Positions 9,733 through 17,158 of a stretch of 64,000 nt of DNA are shown piece by piece; position 1 is the first letter of the stretch, and every line of letters starts with the position of its first letter. The stretch is taken from positions 15,253 through 79,252 of IMG/VR virus record IMGVR_UViG_3300033463_000080; one strand, written 5' to 3'. This DNA is from a virus (lineage: Duplodnaviria > Caudoviricetes). The notes beneath the pieces were generated by a model, which was not told the origin of the DNA, searched no databases, and saw only the letters and a program-made list of their open reading frames with translations. Both the position numbers and the translations under genes were made by a program.

Positions 9733-9898
9733 CAACTATTCGTAAAAGCATAGTTTCACGAATAGTTGATATACCATATATTGTATGCTTCATCAGGCGA
9801 TGCACGAGATGATCCGAAATGAATAAATATGCAATGGCATGCACATGAATATGCAAAAATTGCATTCATGAACGGAGCGAATATCGGCTGAATATGCA
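9733..9898. repeat. Inverted repeat plus ATGAATATGCA-type repeats downstream of terS
   Basis: CAACTATTCGT..ACGAATAGTTG (9733-9768); (A)TGAATA(AATA)TGCA at 9819, 9845, 9889 and inverted at 9861. Confidence 0.55.
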
Positions 9899-9904
9899 AA
9901 AAAA

Positions 9905-9952
9905 AGGCACAAAAAAAGACCCGCCCAGGCCGAAGCCTGAGCGGGCGGGTAG
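9905..9952 (-). terminator. Intrinsic terminator ending the minus-strand accessory operon
   Basis: Minus strand GCCCGCTCAGGC-TTCG-GCCTGGGCGGGT followed by CTTTTTTT. Confidence 0.8.
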
Positions 9953-9967
9953 GGTAACGGAGCGGAA

Positions 9968-10360
9968 TCAAAAGTCGGTGATCTCTTCCAGACAGAACGG
10001 ATCGTTCGGGTTGGTGGTGTTGTCGATGACGGCGATCAGCGTATCAGGGTAGGCATTGCGCTGCTTCCTGGCCATGGTTTTTGCTTCTTCCAGGCTATAG
10101 CTGCCGGTTCCCCAGTCGTCTTCGCGGTTTGTTTGGACGGCGTACCAGAGGCGCGGAGCGGGATCGTCGTCCAGGGTGATGTCCTCGACGACGTCTTCCG
10201 GGGCGTAGATGACGTGCAGTTCGCCATCCAGGTCGTTGGCCTTGTTCTGCATGGCGAATTCGAAGTCTTCGTATTCGCCGGTCGGGTCAGAGATGTTCTT
10301 CCGGATCAGGTGGATGCCGTCGTTGGCCTCGATGACTGCGGTGTACAGGGTCTTTTCCAT
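9968..10360 (-). CDS. Acidic small protein (anti-defence candidate)
   Basis: GGAGG RBS; very D/E-rich; WYAVQ..DDWGTGSYSLEEA motif. Confidence 0.7.
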   Translation of the reverse strand: MEKTLYTAVIEANDGIHLIRKNISDPTGEYEDFEFAMQNKANDLDGELHVIYAPEDVVEDITLDDDPAPRLWYAVQTNREDDWGTGSYSLEEAKTMARKQRNAYPDTLIAVIDNTTNPNDPFCLEEITDF

Positions 10361-10363
10361 GGG

Positions 10364-10576
10364 TTAGTCCTCCTTCTTGTTGTCGATGATAAGAATCTTT
10401 TTAAACTCCGTGGATAGGTCTGCCCGGATCAGCTGTCGGATGTAGTCCTGCTTTGACGGAACGGATGAAAGCTTTTCGATCACGTCGGCGTCGGTCCGGT
10501 TATTGAACTTGAACGTGTAAAATGTGCAGTTTGCGCTGTCGTACTTTCGCTGCGCTATGGTGTGGTTGTTCGGCAT
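10364..10576 (-). CDS. Small ribbon-helix-helix-like DNA-binding protein
   Basis: YTFKFNNRTDADVIEKLSSVPSKQDYIRQLIRAD strand-helix-helix pattern; first gene after a promoter. Confidence 0.6.
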   Translation of the reverse strand: MPNNHTIAQRKYDSANCTFYTFKFNNRTDADVIEKLSSVPSKQDYIRQLIRADLSTEFKKILIIDNKKED

Positions 10577-10606
10577 GGTCAGTCCTCCTTGAATAGGTAT
10601 GGACTT

Positions 10607-10635
10607 ATCATACCACCGGAACGATCCGGAATCAA
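10607..10635 (-). promoter_or_regulatory. Internal sigma-A promoter P3
   Basis: TTGATT-17 bp-TATGAT with extended TG; spacer contains CCGGA/TCCGG inverted repeat. Confidence 0.7.
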
Positions 10636-10907
10636 GATGTCACCTCCTTCGCTGCCCGGACTTCATCCGGGTAGTTTTCCTTCATGAAGTCGATGTAGTT
10701 GTCGGCGTCGTTGTCGATCTGGGATTCAAACATGTCCCAGTCGAAGCATCCGTCTTCGTCGGTGGCATCGATGACGGCGTTGTCGTGGCATTCATCCATC
10801 CAGTCTTCCGGACGGATGCCTGTTTCATGTTCGATGCGGTCAAGCGCCTTGCGGACGATGCCTGTTGTGGATCCGTATCCGATGCGGATGATAGCTTTTT
10901 TGTCCAT
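10632..10907 (-). CDS. Acidic hypothetical protein
   Basis: AAGGAGG RBS; D/E-rich. Confidence 0.7.
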   Translation of the reverse strand: MDKKAIIRIGYGSTTGIVRKALDRIEHETGIRPEDWMDECHDNAVIDATDEDGCFDWDMFESQIDNDADNYIDFMKENYPDEVRAAKEVTS

Positions 10908-10921
10908 GAGGGACCTCCTTC

Positions 10922-10977
10922 TCCAGCTGGTGCTGGCTACGAGAGGCGGAGGTCCGTCTCCCGGGTGCCAGGATCAG
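10922..10977 (-). repeat. Junction element, family 1, copy 1
   Basis: mRNA strand CTGATCCTGGC-inner hairpin-TAGCCAGCACCAG-CTGG; TGA is the stop of 10974..11297. Confidence 0.85.
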
Positions 10978-11297
10978 GTGGCAATTGCTTCCTTGTGACG
11001 TGTCTTCAGAACGGACGTGTCGTTTCCCGGACGTTCGTAGTGGAACGGATAGTCGACTGTGACGAACCATTCGTCATCTTTCAGCTGGATCTCGTGGATG
11101 TAACTGTTCTGGATGATGTACATTGTGTGTCCATCCACTTCGTCGTCCGATGTGCAGGTGAGATATGCCCATCCTTTTCCGATGGAAAACCAGTTGATTG
11201 TGTAGTTGATTTTTCTGGTGTCGTTGATGTCCGCCCTGCACCAGTAGCGGAACGTGCGGCCTTTCCACCAGGCCAGCGGCCGGTCCTTCAGCTTCAT
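10974..11297 (-). CDS. Hypothetical protein
   Basis: AGGAGAGG RBS; stop inside junction element. Confidence 0.7.
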   Translation of the reverse strand: MKLKDRPLAWWKGRTFRYWCRADINDTRKINYTINWFSIGKGWAYLTCTSDDEVDGHTMYIIQNSYIHEIQLKDDEWFVTVDYPFHYERPGNDTSVLKTRHKEAIAT

Positions 11298-11299
11298 GC

Positions 11300-11794
11300 T
11301 CAATCCTCTCCTTTCGTCACCCAGCCGATGCGGGCCAGGTCTTTGTCGGACGGTTCCCAGTACTCGTCGTACTCGTCCGTGTCTGGATTGTACTTCGCAA
11401 CGTATGCGCTGCAGTTGTAGATCATGTAGTCCCAATCAATGATCTGATCTTCGGTCGGTCCTTCCGGATCCCACTCTTCAGATTGCTGCCACATCCAATT
11501 AAGCAGCAGGTCAAGCGTATCCTGCTTCGCCTGGGCAAAGGATACGGAATGGAAACCGTCGCAGCAATCATCGCTGCTCCAGATGACACTCCATGTATCG
11601 CGCTTGATCGGCTTGCGCTTGCTGATCGCGATGATCGCGTTCGCAACGTCGATGTACGGAAACTGCATGCCGTCAGGGTATCCATGTTTCAAATCGGATA
11701 TGATCTGTTCTCCGTCGGTTGTGCCATAGGTGTACTCATCGCATCCGTGTTCCGCCAGGACGGAACGTGCATAATCTTTGACTTCCTTGCGCAT
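11300..11794 (-). CDS. Acidic hypothetical protein
   Basis: GGAGG RBS downstream of junction element. Confidence 0.7.
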   Translation of the reverse strand: MRKEVKDYARSVLAEHGCDEYTYGTTDGEQIISDLKHGYPDGMQFPYIDVANAIIAISKRKPIKRDTWSVIWSSDDCCDGFHSVSFAQAKQDTLDLLLNWMWQQSEEWDPEGPTEDQIIDWDYMIYNCSAYVAKYNPDTDEYDEYWEPSDKDLARIGWVTKGED

Positions 11795-11812
11795 GTTATG
11801 TCCTCCGTTTCT

Positions 11813-11868
11813 CCGGTACTGGTACCGGCTACGAGGTCTCCGGCGGAGGCCCCGTGTGCCGAGATCAG
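11813..11868 (-). repeat. Junction element, family 1, copy 2
   Basis: CTGATCTCGGC-inner hairpin-TAGCCGGTACCAG-TACCGG; TGA is the stop of 11865..12014. Confidence 0.85.
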
Positions 11869-12014
11869 GCAGGAACGATTGCGATGATGTCTGCCAGCGC
11901 GATTACTCTGCATTCATCCAGGATGATGTATCCTGGTTTCAGCGTGGCCGGTTCGATCTTGTTTGCGTAGAGGATGCGAGGCAGGTCGTTGCCTCCGACG
12001 GTGATGATCTTCAT
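11865..12014 (-). CDS. 49-aa hypothetical protein (MKIITVGGNDLPRIL...), absent from the ORF track
   Basis: TAATG overlap with upstream stop; AAGGGAG RBS. Confidence 0.6.
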   Translation of the reverse strand: MKIITVGGNDLPRILYANKIEPATLKPGYIILDECRVIALADIIAIVPA

Positions 12015-12556
12015 TACTCATCTCTCCCTTCAAAATCCAGTCCGTACTCACGGACGTTGTCGCAGTAGTCCCGGTATTCCTGCTCCATCCAACGCTTGTT
12101 CTCCAGGATCGGGCCTACGAGTTCCGCCAGGTCGATCTTCACCGGATCGGAGCGGATGTCCCATACTTCCATGTTGTCCATATATCCGCATTCCCGGTCG
12201 GTTTCGTACAACTCCGCGATCTTTCTCCCGGTCTCGATACTGGCGGAGGTTTCACCGTCGATGGTAACCTTCAGCAGGTATTCCCGGTTCGGTCGTTCGC
12301 GTTCTTCCTTTTCGCGTTTTGCCCGGGCCTTGTCCTCTGTTACGCAGTAGTTCCACACAAGCAGCATGGTTGCCGGATCGTTCAGTCCGCCGATCAGCGG
12401 TTCATCAGGATCCTGGAATTCCTGCATGCCTTCGATCTGGGTCTTTGCGTCGTCCAGATTGGTCATCAGTTCCAGTTCGTCGAGATCGGCGTATGCGTTG
12501 TACTGGAAAATTACCTCGATCTCTTCGGCCAAAGCGGCCTTCATCTTCTCTGTCAT
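12014..12556 (-). CDS. Acidic hypothetical protein
   Basis: GGAGG RBS; ATGA overlap. Confidence 0.7.
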   Translation of the reverse strand: MTEKMKAALAEEIEVIFQYNAYADLDELELMTNLDDAKTQIEGMQEFQDPDEPLIGGLNDPATMLLVWNYCVTEDKARAKREKEERERPNREYLLKVTIDGETSASIETGRKIAELYETDRECGYMDNMEVWDIRSDPVKIDLAELVGPILENKRWMEQEYRDYCDNVREYGLDFEGRDE

Positions 12557-12876
12557 TGTTGATCTCCTCCATCTCTTGTCCATATAATTTCCGTGCCATC
12601 GGAGAACATGTCCAGTACCGAACGGGGGCGTCCTACTTCCATTATGTCGAACATTGAATCGTATTTTGTGTCTAAGTCTTCAAATGTCTGTGTCCTAACA
12701 AATTCCATTGCCTCGTTGTATTCGGACAAGTCCACCCAGTTTGTTATTTTCCTGTTTTTGTTGATAAGAATGGCGATGTCCTTGTACCCGTCAATGCTCG
12801 TATTCTTCATGACGGCGTATTGCCGACCGGTTCTAAGCTTTATGACCATTCCAGTCTTCAGATCTGATATGTTCAT
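12553..12876 (-). CDS. Hypothetical protein
   Basis: MNISDLKTGMVIKLRTG N-terminus common in phage proteins; RBS. Confidence 0.7.
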   Translation of the reverse strand: MNISDLKTGMVIKLRTGRQYAVMKNTSIDGYKDIAILINKNRKITNWVDLSEYNEAMEFVRTQTFEDLDTKYDSMFDIMEVGRPRSVLDMFSDGTEIIWTRDGGDQQ

Positions 12877-13151
12877 GCTTTTCCTCCTTTCCATTCGTCG
12901 CACAGCTTTTTCCATTCCCCGTTTGCAATGTAGTTGCTGATAAAGTCGAGCGCATCTACGAGCGACGTGACTTTTCCGATGCACTTCCTGCAGTTCGTGG
13001 GCCAGAGATCGTCTCCGATCCATTTGTGTCCTTTCTGGTAGATTAAAATCGTTCCGCCATTTTCAGAACTAATTCTCAGGATGCCTTCGATCTTGACGCT
13101 TCCGCAGTCAATGTTCAGGACCTTCGTGGTCTTCTGCCTGTTCGCTTCCAT
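12873..13151 (-). CDS. Hypothetical protein
   Basis: AAGGAGG RBS after junction element. Confidence 0.7.
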   Translation of the reverse strand: MEANRQKTTKVLNIDCGSVKIEGILRISSENGGTILIYQKGHKWIGDDLWPTNCRKCIGKVTSLVDALDFISNYIANGEWKKLCDEWKGGKA

Positions 13152-13166
13152 ACTCTTCCTCCTTCT

Positions 13167-13223
13167 TCAGCGTCTGGCGCTGACTACGGGATCCCCGGTG
13201 GAGGTCCCGTGTGTCAATGTCAG
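13167..13223 (-). repeat. Junction element, family 1, copy 3
   Basis: CTGACATTGAC-inner hairpin-TAGTCAGCGCCAG-ACGCTGA; TGA is the stop of 13220..13381. Confidence 0.85.
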
Positions 13224-13381
13224 ATGTTCCCGCAGTCGAAGTCGTTCTGGATGTCGCACAGTTCACAGTAGAGACGTTCGCCGGCGTCGCCGGCGTCTCC
13301 GGAACCGTCGTCCTCTTCGTAGTGCGTAAGCGCAGCGCACAACCGGTCGTAGAGGTTATCGAGTCTTGTCTTATCGTCCAT
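13220..13381 (-). CDS. Small acidic hypothetical protein
   Basis: AAGGAGG RBS; MDDKTRLDNL... Confidence 0.6.
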   Translation of the reverse strand: MDDKTRLDNLYDRLCAALTHYEEDDGSGDAGDAGERLYCELCDIQNDFDCGNI

Positions 13382-13394
13382 GCTGATCCTCCTT

Positions 13395-13664
13395 TCAGTA
13401 CCAGTATTCGTCTGGCATGTATTCCAGTTCGTATGCTCCGTCGTTGTCCGGGCCGGTCTCTTCCCAGTTGTTGATGATGTCCATGAGCAGCAGGTCCGGG
13501 GACAGGTCTCCTTCGCCGGTCGTACTGTCGAAGATGACCGTGCTGGTGCCTTCTCCGCCGCAGGACAGGTTCCCGTGTTCGTCGAGAATGTCCGGAGCGG
13601 GTACGTATCGGATAATCCGCAGATGGTCATCCGGGTGGGCGTCGATCCAGTCGTAGATTTTCAT
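13395..13664 (-). CDS. Acidic hypothetical protein
   Basis: AAGGAGG RBS; MKIYDWIDAHPDD... Confidence 0.7.
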   Translation of the reverse strand: MKIYDWIDAHPDDHLRIIRYVPAPDILDEHGNLSCGGEGTSTVIFDSTTGEGDLSPDLLLMDIINNWEETGPDNDGAYELEYMPDEYWY

Positions 13665-13678
13665 GTTGTGTTTCCTCC

Positions 13679-14434
13679 TTACATTGCCGCCACACAGGCG
13701 GAGGTTGTCCACCAGTTCAGCAGGTAGTCTACCGTTTCATCCGGGTACTTGTAGATGAACAGCTTGCTCAGATCTGCGCCGTCCCGGAGGTACCCGTAGC
13801 CTTTGCCCTCCCGTTTTGGATCTGGGAGCATCTCGCAGCCGGGAGCGTCGATCAGATACCGGGACTGCTGTTTCGTTGCTGTCCGGAGTCCAAGGACTGT
13901 GCTGAAGTTGCACTTCAGAACGGTCGGGATGGTGATCGCAAGCACGTTTTGTGTGCATGCGATGACGTGGACCCGGGCCGCGCGGCCAACCTGAGCCAGA
14001 CGCTGCAGCAGCGGCAGGGCCGCTTTCTTCTGCGTCGTCATCAAGTCTGCCAGTTCGTCGATGATGACGTACATGTGCGATCCGTCGTACTCTTTCGCTC
14101 CGAACGACTGCATGGCGGAAAACCGCCGGTCTGTTTCGTCGCATGCCCATTGCAGCGCGCGGATCATGTCTGCCGGTTCGGACGCATACTTCGCTACGTG
14201 CGGAAGGCGGCTGTATTCCACCAGTTCGACCTTTTTCGGATCGATCAGAACGAACTCGCACCGGAACGGGGACTGCGTATACAATAGGGAAGTGATGATC
14301 CCGTTCACGGCAACGGACTTTCCGGAGCCGGTCGCACCCGCGATCAGCAGATGCGGCCGGTCGGCAAGGTCGAGGAACGGCCGGTAAACGGAACCGGCAG
14401 GTGTCCTGTACGTGCGAGGGATGGCGTGCAGCAT
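13679..14434 (-). CDS. Stand-alone FtsK/SpoIIIE-family ATPase domain
   Basis: PHLLIAGATGSGKS Walker A, LIDPKKVEL, YVIIDELADLM Walker B, GRAARVHVIACTQ. Confidence 0.9.
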   Translation of the reverse strand: MLHAIPRTYRTPAGSVYRPFLDLADRPHLLIAGATGSGKSVAVNGIITSLLYTQSPFRCEFVLIDPKKVELVEYSRLPHVAKYASEPADMIRALQWACDETDRRFSAMQSFGAKEYDGSHMYVIIDELADLMTTQKKAALPLLQRLAQVGRAARVHVIACTQNVLAITIPTVLKCNFSTVLGLRTATKQQSRYLIDAPGCEMLPDPKREGKGYGYLRDGADLSKLFIYKYPDETVDYLLNWWTTSACVAAM

Positions 14435-14613
14435 TAGCACTCCTCCTTTCCGATCCAGACGATGTTCTTGGTTTCAATACGGTAGTCATTGCCTTCCGGA
14501 TCGTTGAAGTAGGCGTACTGCCCGTCGAATCCGACACCGGTTGTGTTGCACAGGTCAACTTCGACTTCGACCAGTCCGATCTCGTCGCGGTAGCAAATCT
14601 TCATCGTGTACAT
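14434..14613 (-). CDS. 59-aa hypothetical protein (MYTMKICYRDEIG...), absent from the ORF track
   Basis: GAGGAG RBS after promoter P2; TAATG coupling to the FtsK gene. Confidence 0.6.
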   Translation of the reverse strand: MYTMKICYRDEIGLVEVEVDLCNTTGVGFDGQYAYFNDPEGNDYRIETKNIVWIGKEEC

Positions 14614-14647
14614 GCTTTTCCTCCTCTCGTAGGTATTTACCTATTCT

Positions 14648-14676
14648 ATTGTAACATGGATTTTGAAATAGGTCAA
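14648..14676 (-). promoter_or_regulatory. Internal sigma-A promoter P2
   Basis: TTGACC-17 bp-TACAAT with extended TG. Confidence 0.75.
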
Positions 14677-14693
14677 TACCTGTTTTGAATTTC

Positions 14694-14750
14694 CCGATGA
14701 CTGGCATCGGCTACGAGCGACGGTGTGCGTCGCCCGGGTGTCGGTGTCAG
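14694..14750 (-). repeat. Junction element, family 1, copy 4
   Basis: CTGACACCGAC-inner hairpin-TAGCCGATGCCAG-TCATCGG; TGA is the stop of 14747..14998. Confidence 0.85.
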
Positions 14751-14998
14751 CTGTCCTTCTTTGCAGGGTTCCGGAGCGTCACGCCGCGCAGCACTTTGAT
14801 AACGGCAGCGGCGTGTCCGTTCAGCGTCAGTCCGAAGACGATGTCCTTCGCGAACTCTTCGGACATGCTCATGGCCGGTTCGCCGGCCTTCCATTCGGCC
14901 TGGTTGTGCGACGGGATCCCGGTCACGTAGCGGGCGTAGATCTCCCCGTCTTCATAAAAGAAGACACACACATGCGTTTCGAATCTCGGATTGCCCAT
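14747..14998 (-). CDS. Hypothetical protein
   Basis: GAGG RBS after junction element. Confidence 0.7.
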   Translation of the reverse strand: MGNPRFETHVCVFFYEDGEIYARYVTGIPSHNQAEWKAGEPAMSMSEEFAKDIVFGLTLNGHAAAVIKVLRGVTLRNPAKKDS

Positions 14999-15016
14999 AG
15001 ATTTTCCTCACTTTCT

Positions 15017-15073
15017 TCGCTGTCTGGCAGCGACCACGAGCGGCCAACGTGGGCCGCCCGGTGTCGGTGTCAG
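15017..15073 (-). repeat. Junction element, family 1, copy 5
   Basis: CTGACACCGAC-inner hairpin-TGGTCGCTGCCAG-ACAGCGA; TGA is the stop of 15070..15252. Confidence 0.85.
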
Positions 15074-15252
15074 AGTTCCTGATAGTACTGCACACTGGTG
15101 ATGGTGACCGGACACCATGTCGCCGGGTCAATCCCGGTGACGGAGCCGTCTTCCCAGCGGGCGTCCCACAGCATTGTGCTGACGGTCTCGCCGTCTTCAT
15201 CGATGTAGGTCACAACGGCGCGACGTGTGGTTGTGAAGTCTTTCAGTTTCAT
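15070..15252 (-). CDS. 60-aa hypothetical protein (MKLKDFTTTRR...)
   Basis: GGAGGTG RBS; ATGA overlap. Confidence 0.6.
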   Translation of the reverse strand: MKLKDFTTTRRAVVTYIDEDGETVSTMLWDARWEDGSVTGIDPATWCPVTITSVQYYQEL

Positions 15253-15641
15253 GCTTTCACCTCCGTGTTGTATTCCATCCACACCCGTCCGTGACGGATG
15301 CCTTCCGGTACCCTGAACGGTTCGATTCTCTGGATGTCGTACAGCGGGTACATGTATTTGACCTTCGTTTCGTCCTGCCAGTCGTATGGACTGCCGTCGT
15401 CGATGCCTGTCCACTTCTTGCATGCGTTCCATGCGTCCCGTGAGCGGGCGACGAGCGGGTCACCGATGGTGACCATGCAGCGTGCCAGGGGCGCGCCGTG
15501 ACCCGTCTCTGCCAGAATGACGCGCTGTCCGATCAGGCTGCGCAGCATGTTGCGCGTCCGGGTCTCGTACAGTTTTGTCAGGCGGAGGATCATGTCAACG
15601 AACGGGAACAGACGGCAGTTGATAAAGACTACCGGGATCAT
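15249..15641 (-). CDS. ASCH/PUA-like domain protein
   Basis: FVDMILRLTKLYETR resembles the ASCH I..G.K..E.R motif; GGAGGTG RBS. Confidence 0.6.
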   Translation of the reverse strand: MIPVVFINCRLFPFVDMILRLTKLYETRTRNMLRSLIGQRVILAETGHGAPLARCMVTIGDPLVARSRDAWNACKKWTGIDDGSPYDWQDETKVKYMYPLYDIQRIEPFRVPEGIRHGRVWMEYNTEVKA

Positions 15642-15910
15642 TCGTCCACCTCCCATGTCGGCCAGATCGGCCGGCTGAATTGATACGGAGCCGGGGCCGC
15701 AGCCGTCACGACGAGCGGAGCGGACTTGCTTGCTGTCCGGTATACCCGGAGCGTCCCGGCGCGGTACGGTATCCGGATGTGTGTGAAACCGCCTTCGGTG
15801 CTGAAGCTGTAGCGGATTCTGTGCGCGCGCAATGCTGCGGCGGCATCCTTCTCCGTCCGTATGCCCTTCAGAATGGAGCGGATACGGTTTGCTGTTACCA
15901 GAATGTTCAT
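15638..15910 (-). CDS. Basic hypothetical protein
   Basis: ORF downstream of junction element. Confidence 0.65.
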   Translation of the reverse strand: MNILVTANRIRSILKGIRTEKDAAAALRAHRIRYSFSTEGGFTHIRIPYRAGTLRVYRTASKSAPLVVTAAAPAPYQFSRPIWPTWEVDE

Positions 15911-15930
15911 ATTGCTTTCCCTGCCTTTCT

Positions 15931-15987
15931 CCGGTATCTGGTACCGGCTACGCTGTCCGGAGTCCGGGCAGCGGGTGCCGATGTCAG
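15931..15987 (-). repeat. Junction element, family 1, copy 6
   Basis: CTGACATCGGC-inner hairpin-TAGCCGGTACCAG-ATACCGG; TGA is the stop of 15984..16484. Confidence 0.85.
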
Positions 15988-16484
15988 CGGACGACGATCA
16001 TTCCGGACTGGATTCGTGCGCCCGGGAAATACTTCAGATACTCCCGGAGCGGCGCGTTCCTCTGGTACTGGTCCGGGCCTGTCTTGCGCCCGGTCCCGGA
16101 GCGGTCGCCTTCGTATACCGTGATGTATCCGATGCCGCCGGTCTGAGTCACGATGTGCTGAATCCATGCGGCGATACTTCCCACTTCAAGGTCGTTGTCG
16201 ATCACGTTCAGCACGTTGCTGCAGATGACCGTCATCGGTGTGTGGGTGTGCAGCGCGATCCGGACGAGTGCCAGAGTGTCCCGGTTCACCTGTTCTGGTT
16301 GATTGAACGGGTCGTATGGCAGGTATGCCAGATGCCCGGGAAGTGCTGCCCGGATGTGATCCGTATACCGTCCGCATCCCCAGTCCAGAACGACCTTCCC
16401 GGTGAAGTACGGTACCCGGCTGTATATCGCCGGGAGTCGACGGCTGTTGATTGAAGTCGCCGCGCTTGTGCATGTTTGCGCCAT
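15984..16484 (-). CDS. Small class I SAM-dependent methyltransferase
   Basis: VLDWGCG motif I, YDPF, CSNVLNVI motif-IV-like segment. Confidence 0.75.
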   Translation of the reverse strand: MAQTCTSAATSINSRRLPAIYSRVPYFTGKVVLDWGCGRYTDHIRAALPGHLAYLPYDPFNQPEQVNRDTLALVRIALHTHTPMTVICSNVLNVIDNDLEVGSIAAWIQHIVTQTGGIGYITVYEGDRSGTGRKTGPDQYQRNAPLREYLKYFPGARIQSGMIVVR

Positions 16485-16501
16485 GTTTCTTTCCTCCTTC
16501 T

Positions 16502-16560
16502 TCAGTGCGTCTGGCACTGACTACCGGCTCCGGTGTCCGGGGCCGGTCTGTCAATGTCAA
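16502..16560 (-). repeat. Junction element, family 1, copy 7
   Basis: TTGACATTGAC-inner hairpin-TAGTCAGTGCCAG-ACGCACTGA; TGA is the stop of 16557..16754. Confidence 0.85.
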
Positions 16561-16754
16561 GCTGTGCGTGCTGTCCGGTGTACGTTGCGCCATGCGGAAT
16601 GCATGTCGTATGTATCCGGAAGAATGAACGGTTCGGGCCTCCGCTGTCTGGCCTGTGCGGATTCTATCCGCTGCCTGATTCGTCTGGCATCCAGTTCCTC
16701 GACGGTCTCGGATTCGGTCAGCGACCGAATGGCCTGATTGATCATGTCCATCAT
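16557..16754 (-). CDS. Hypothetical protein
   Basis: AGGAGG RBS. Confidence 0.6.
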   Translation of the reverse strand: MMDMINQAIRSLTESETVEELDARRIRQRIESAQARQRRPEPFILPDTYDMHSAWRNVHRTARTA

Positions 16755-16780
16755 GTTTCTTTCCTCCTGCTTTTTGTTGG

Positions 16781-16853
16781 GGGACTATCGCCCCGGGACT
16801 GCCTCCGTCGGAGCGGGGACAGTACCGGGGCGGCCGCCGGAGCGGCCGCCCTT
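16781..16853 (-). repeat. Junction element, family 2, copy 1
   Basis: AAGGGCGGCCGCTCCGGCGGCCG...CGATAGTCCC, a few nt after the stop of 16859..17134. Confidence 0.8.
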
Positions 16854-16858
16854 CGTGA

Positions 16859-17134
16859 TTAGCTGATCCGGAGCGGACGAGTTACCGTCTGCGTCATGTA
16901 CGGGGCCAGGACTTCCGCCGGGAAGGCGGCCTTGACTTTCGTCGTGTCCAGGCGGTTACTCGTGACCGTCTTATATGTGACCTTGTACGGCCCGACGGTC
17001 GCGGTTTCGGTCTCGCCCATGGCGGCCTTGATTTTGTCCTGTGCGGCCTCGATGGCGGCGTCAAGTTCCTCGCGCATCCGCTTCAGTTCCTGAAGTTCCT
17101 GAATGTCCCGGATCATCATCGCATCGTTACCCAT
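16859..17134 (-). CDS. Small coiled-coil protein typical of mobile-element accessory regions
   Basis: ELKRMREELDAAIEAAQDKIKAAM...VTYKTVTSNRLDTT pattern; GGAGG RBS. Confidence 0.7.
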   Translation of the reverse strand: MGNDAMMIRDIQELQELKRMREELDAAIEAAQDKIKAAMGETETATVGPYKVTYKTVTSNRLDTTKVKAAFPAEVLAPYMTQTVTRPLRIS

Positions 17135-17158
17135 TGTTTTTTCCTCCTCTTTTTTTGT

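Noticed and set aside
10922-16560. CRISPR array or classical integron attC array
   Set aside because: Repeats are degenerate and separated by whole genes; they lack RYYYAAC/GTTRRRY boxes; no cas genes or recognisable IntI
10922-16560. Hammerhead or HDV-like ribozymes at the junction elements
   Set aside because: CUGA is not followed by NGA with the required stems, and the HDV double-pseudoknot order could not be built; a new self-cleaving class is not excluded
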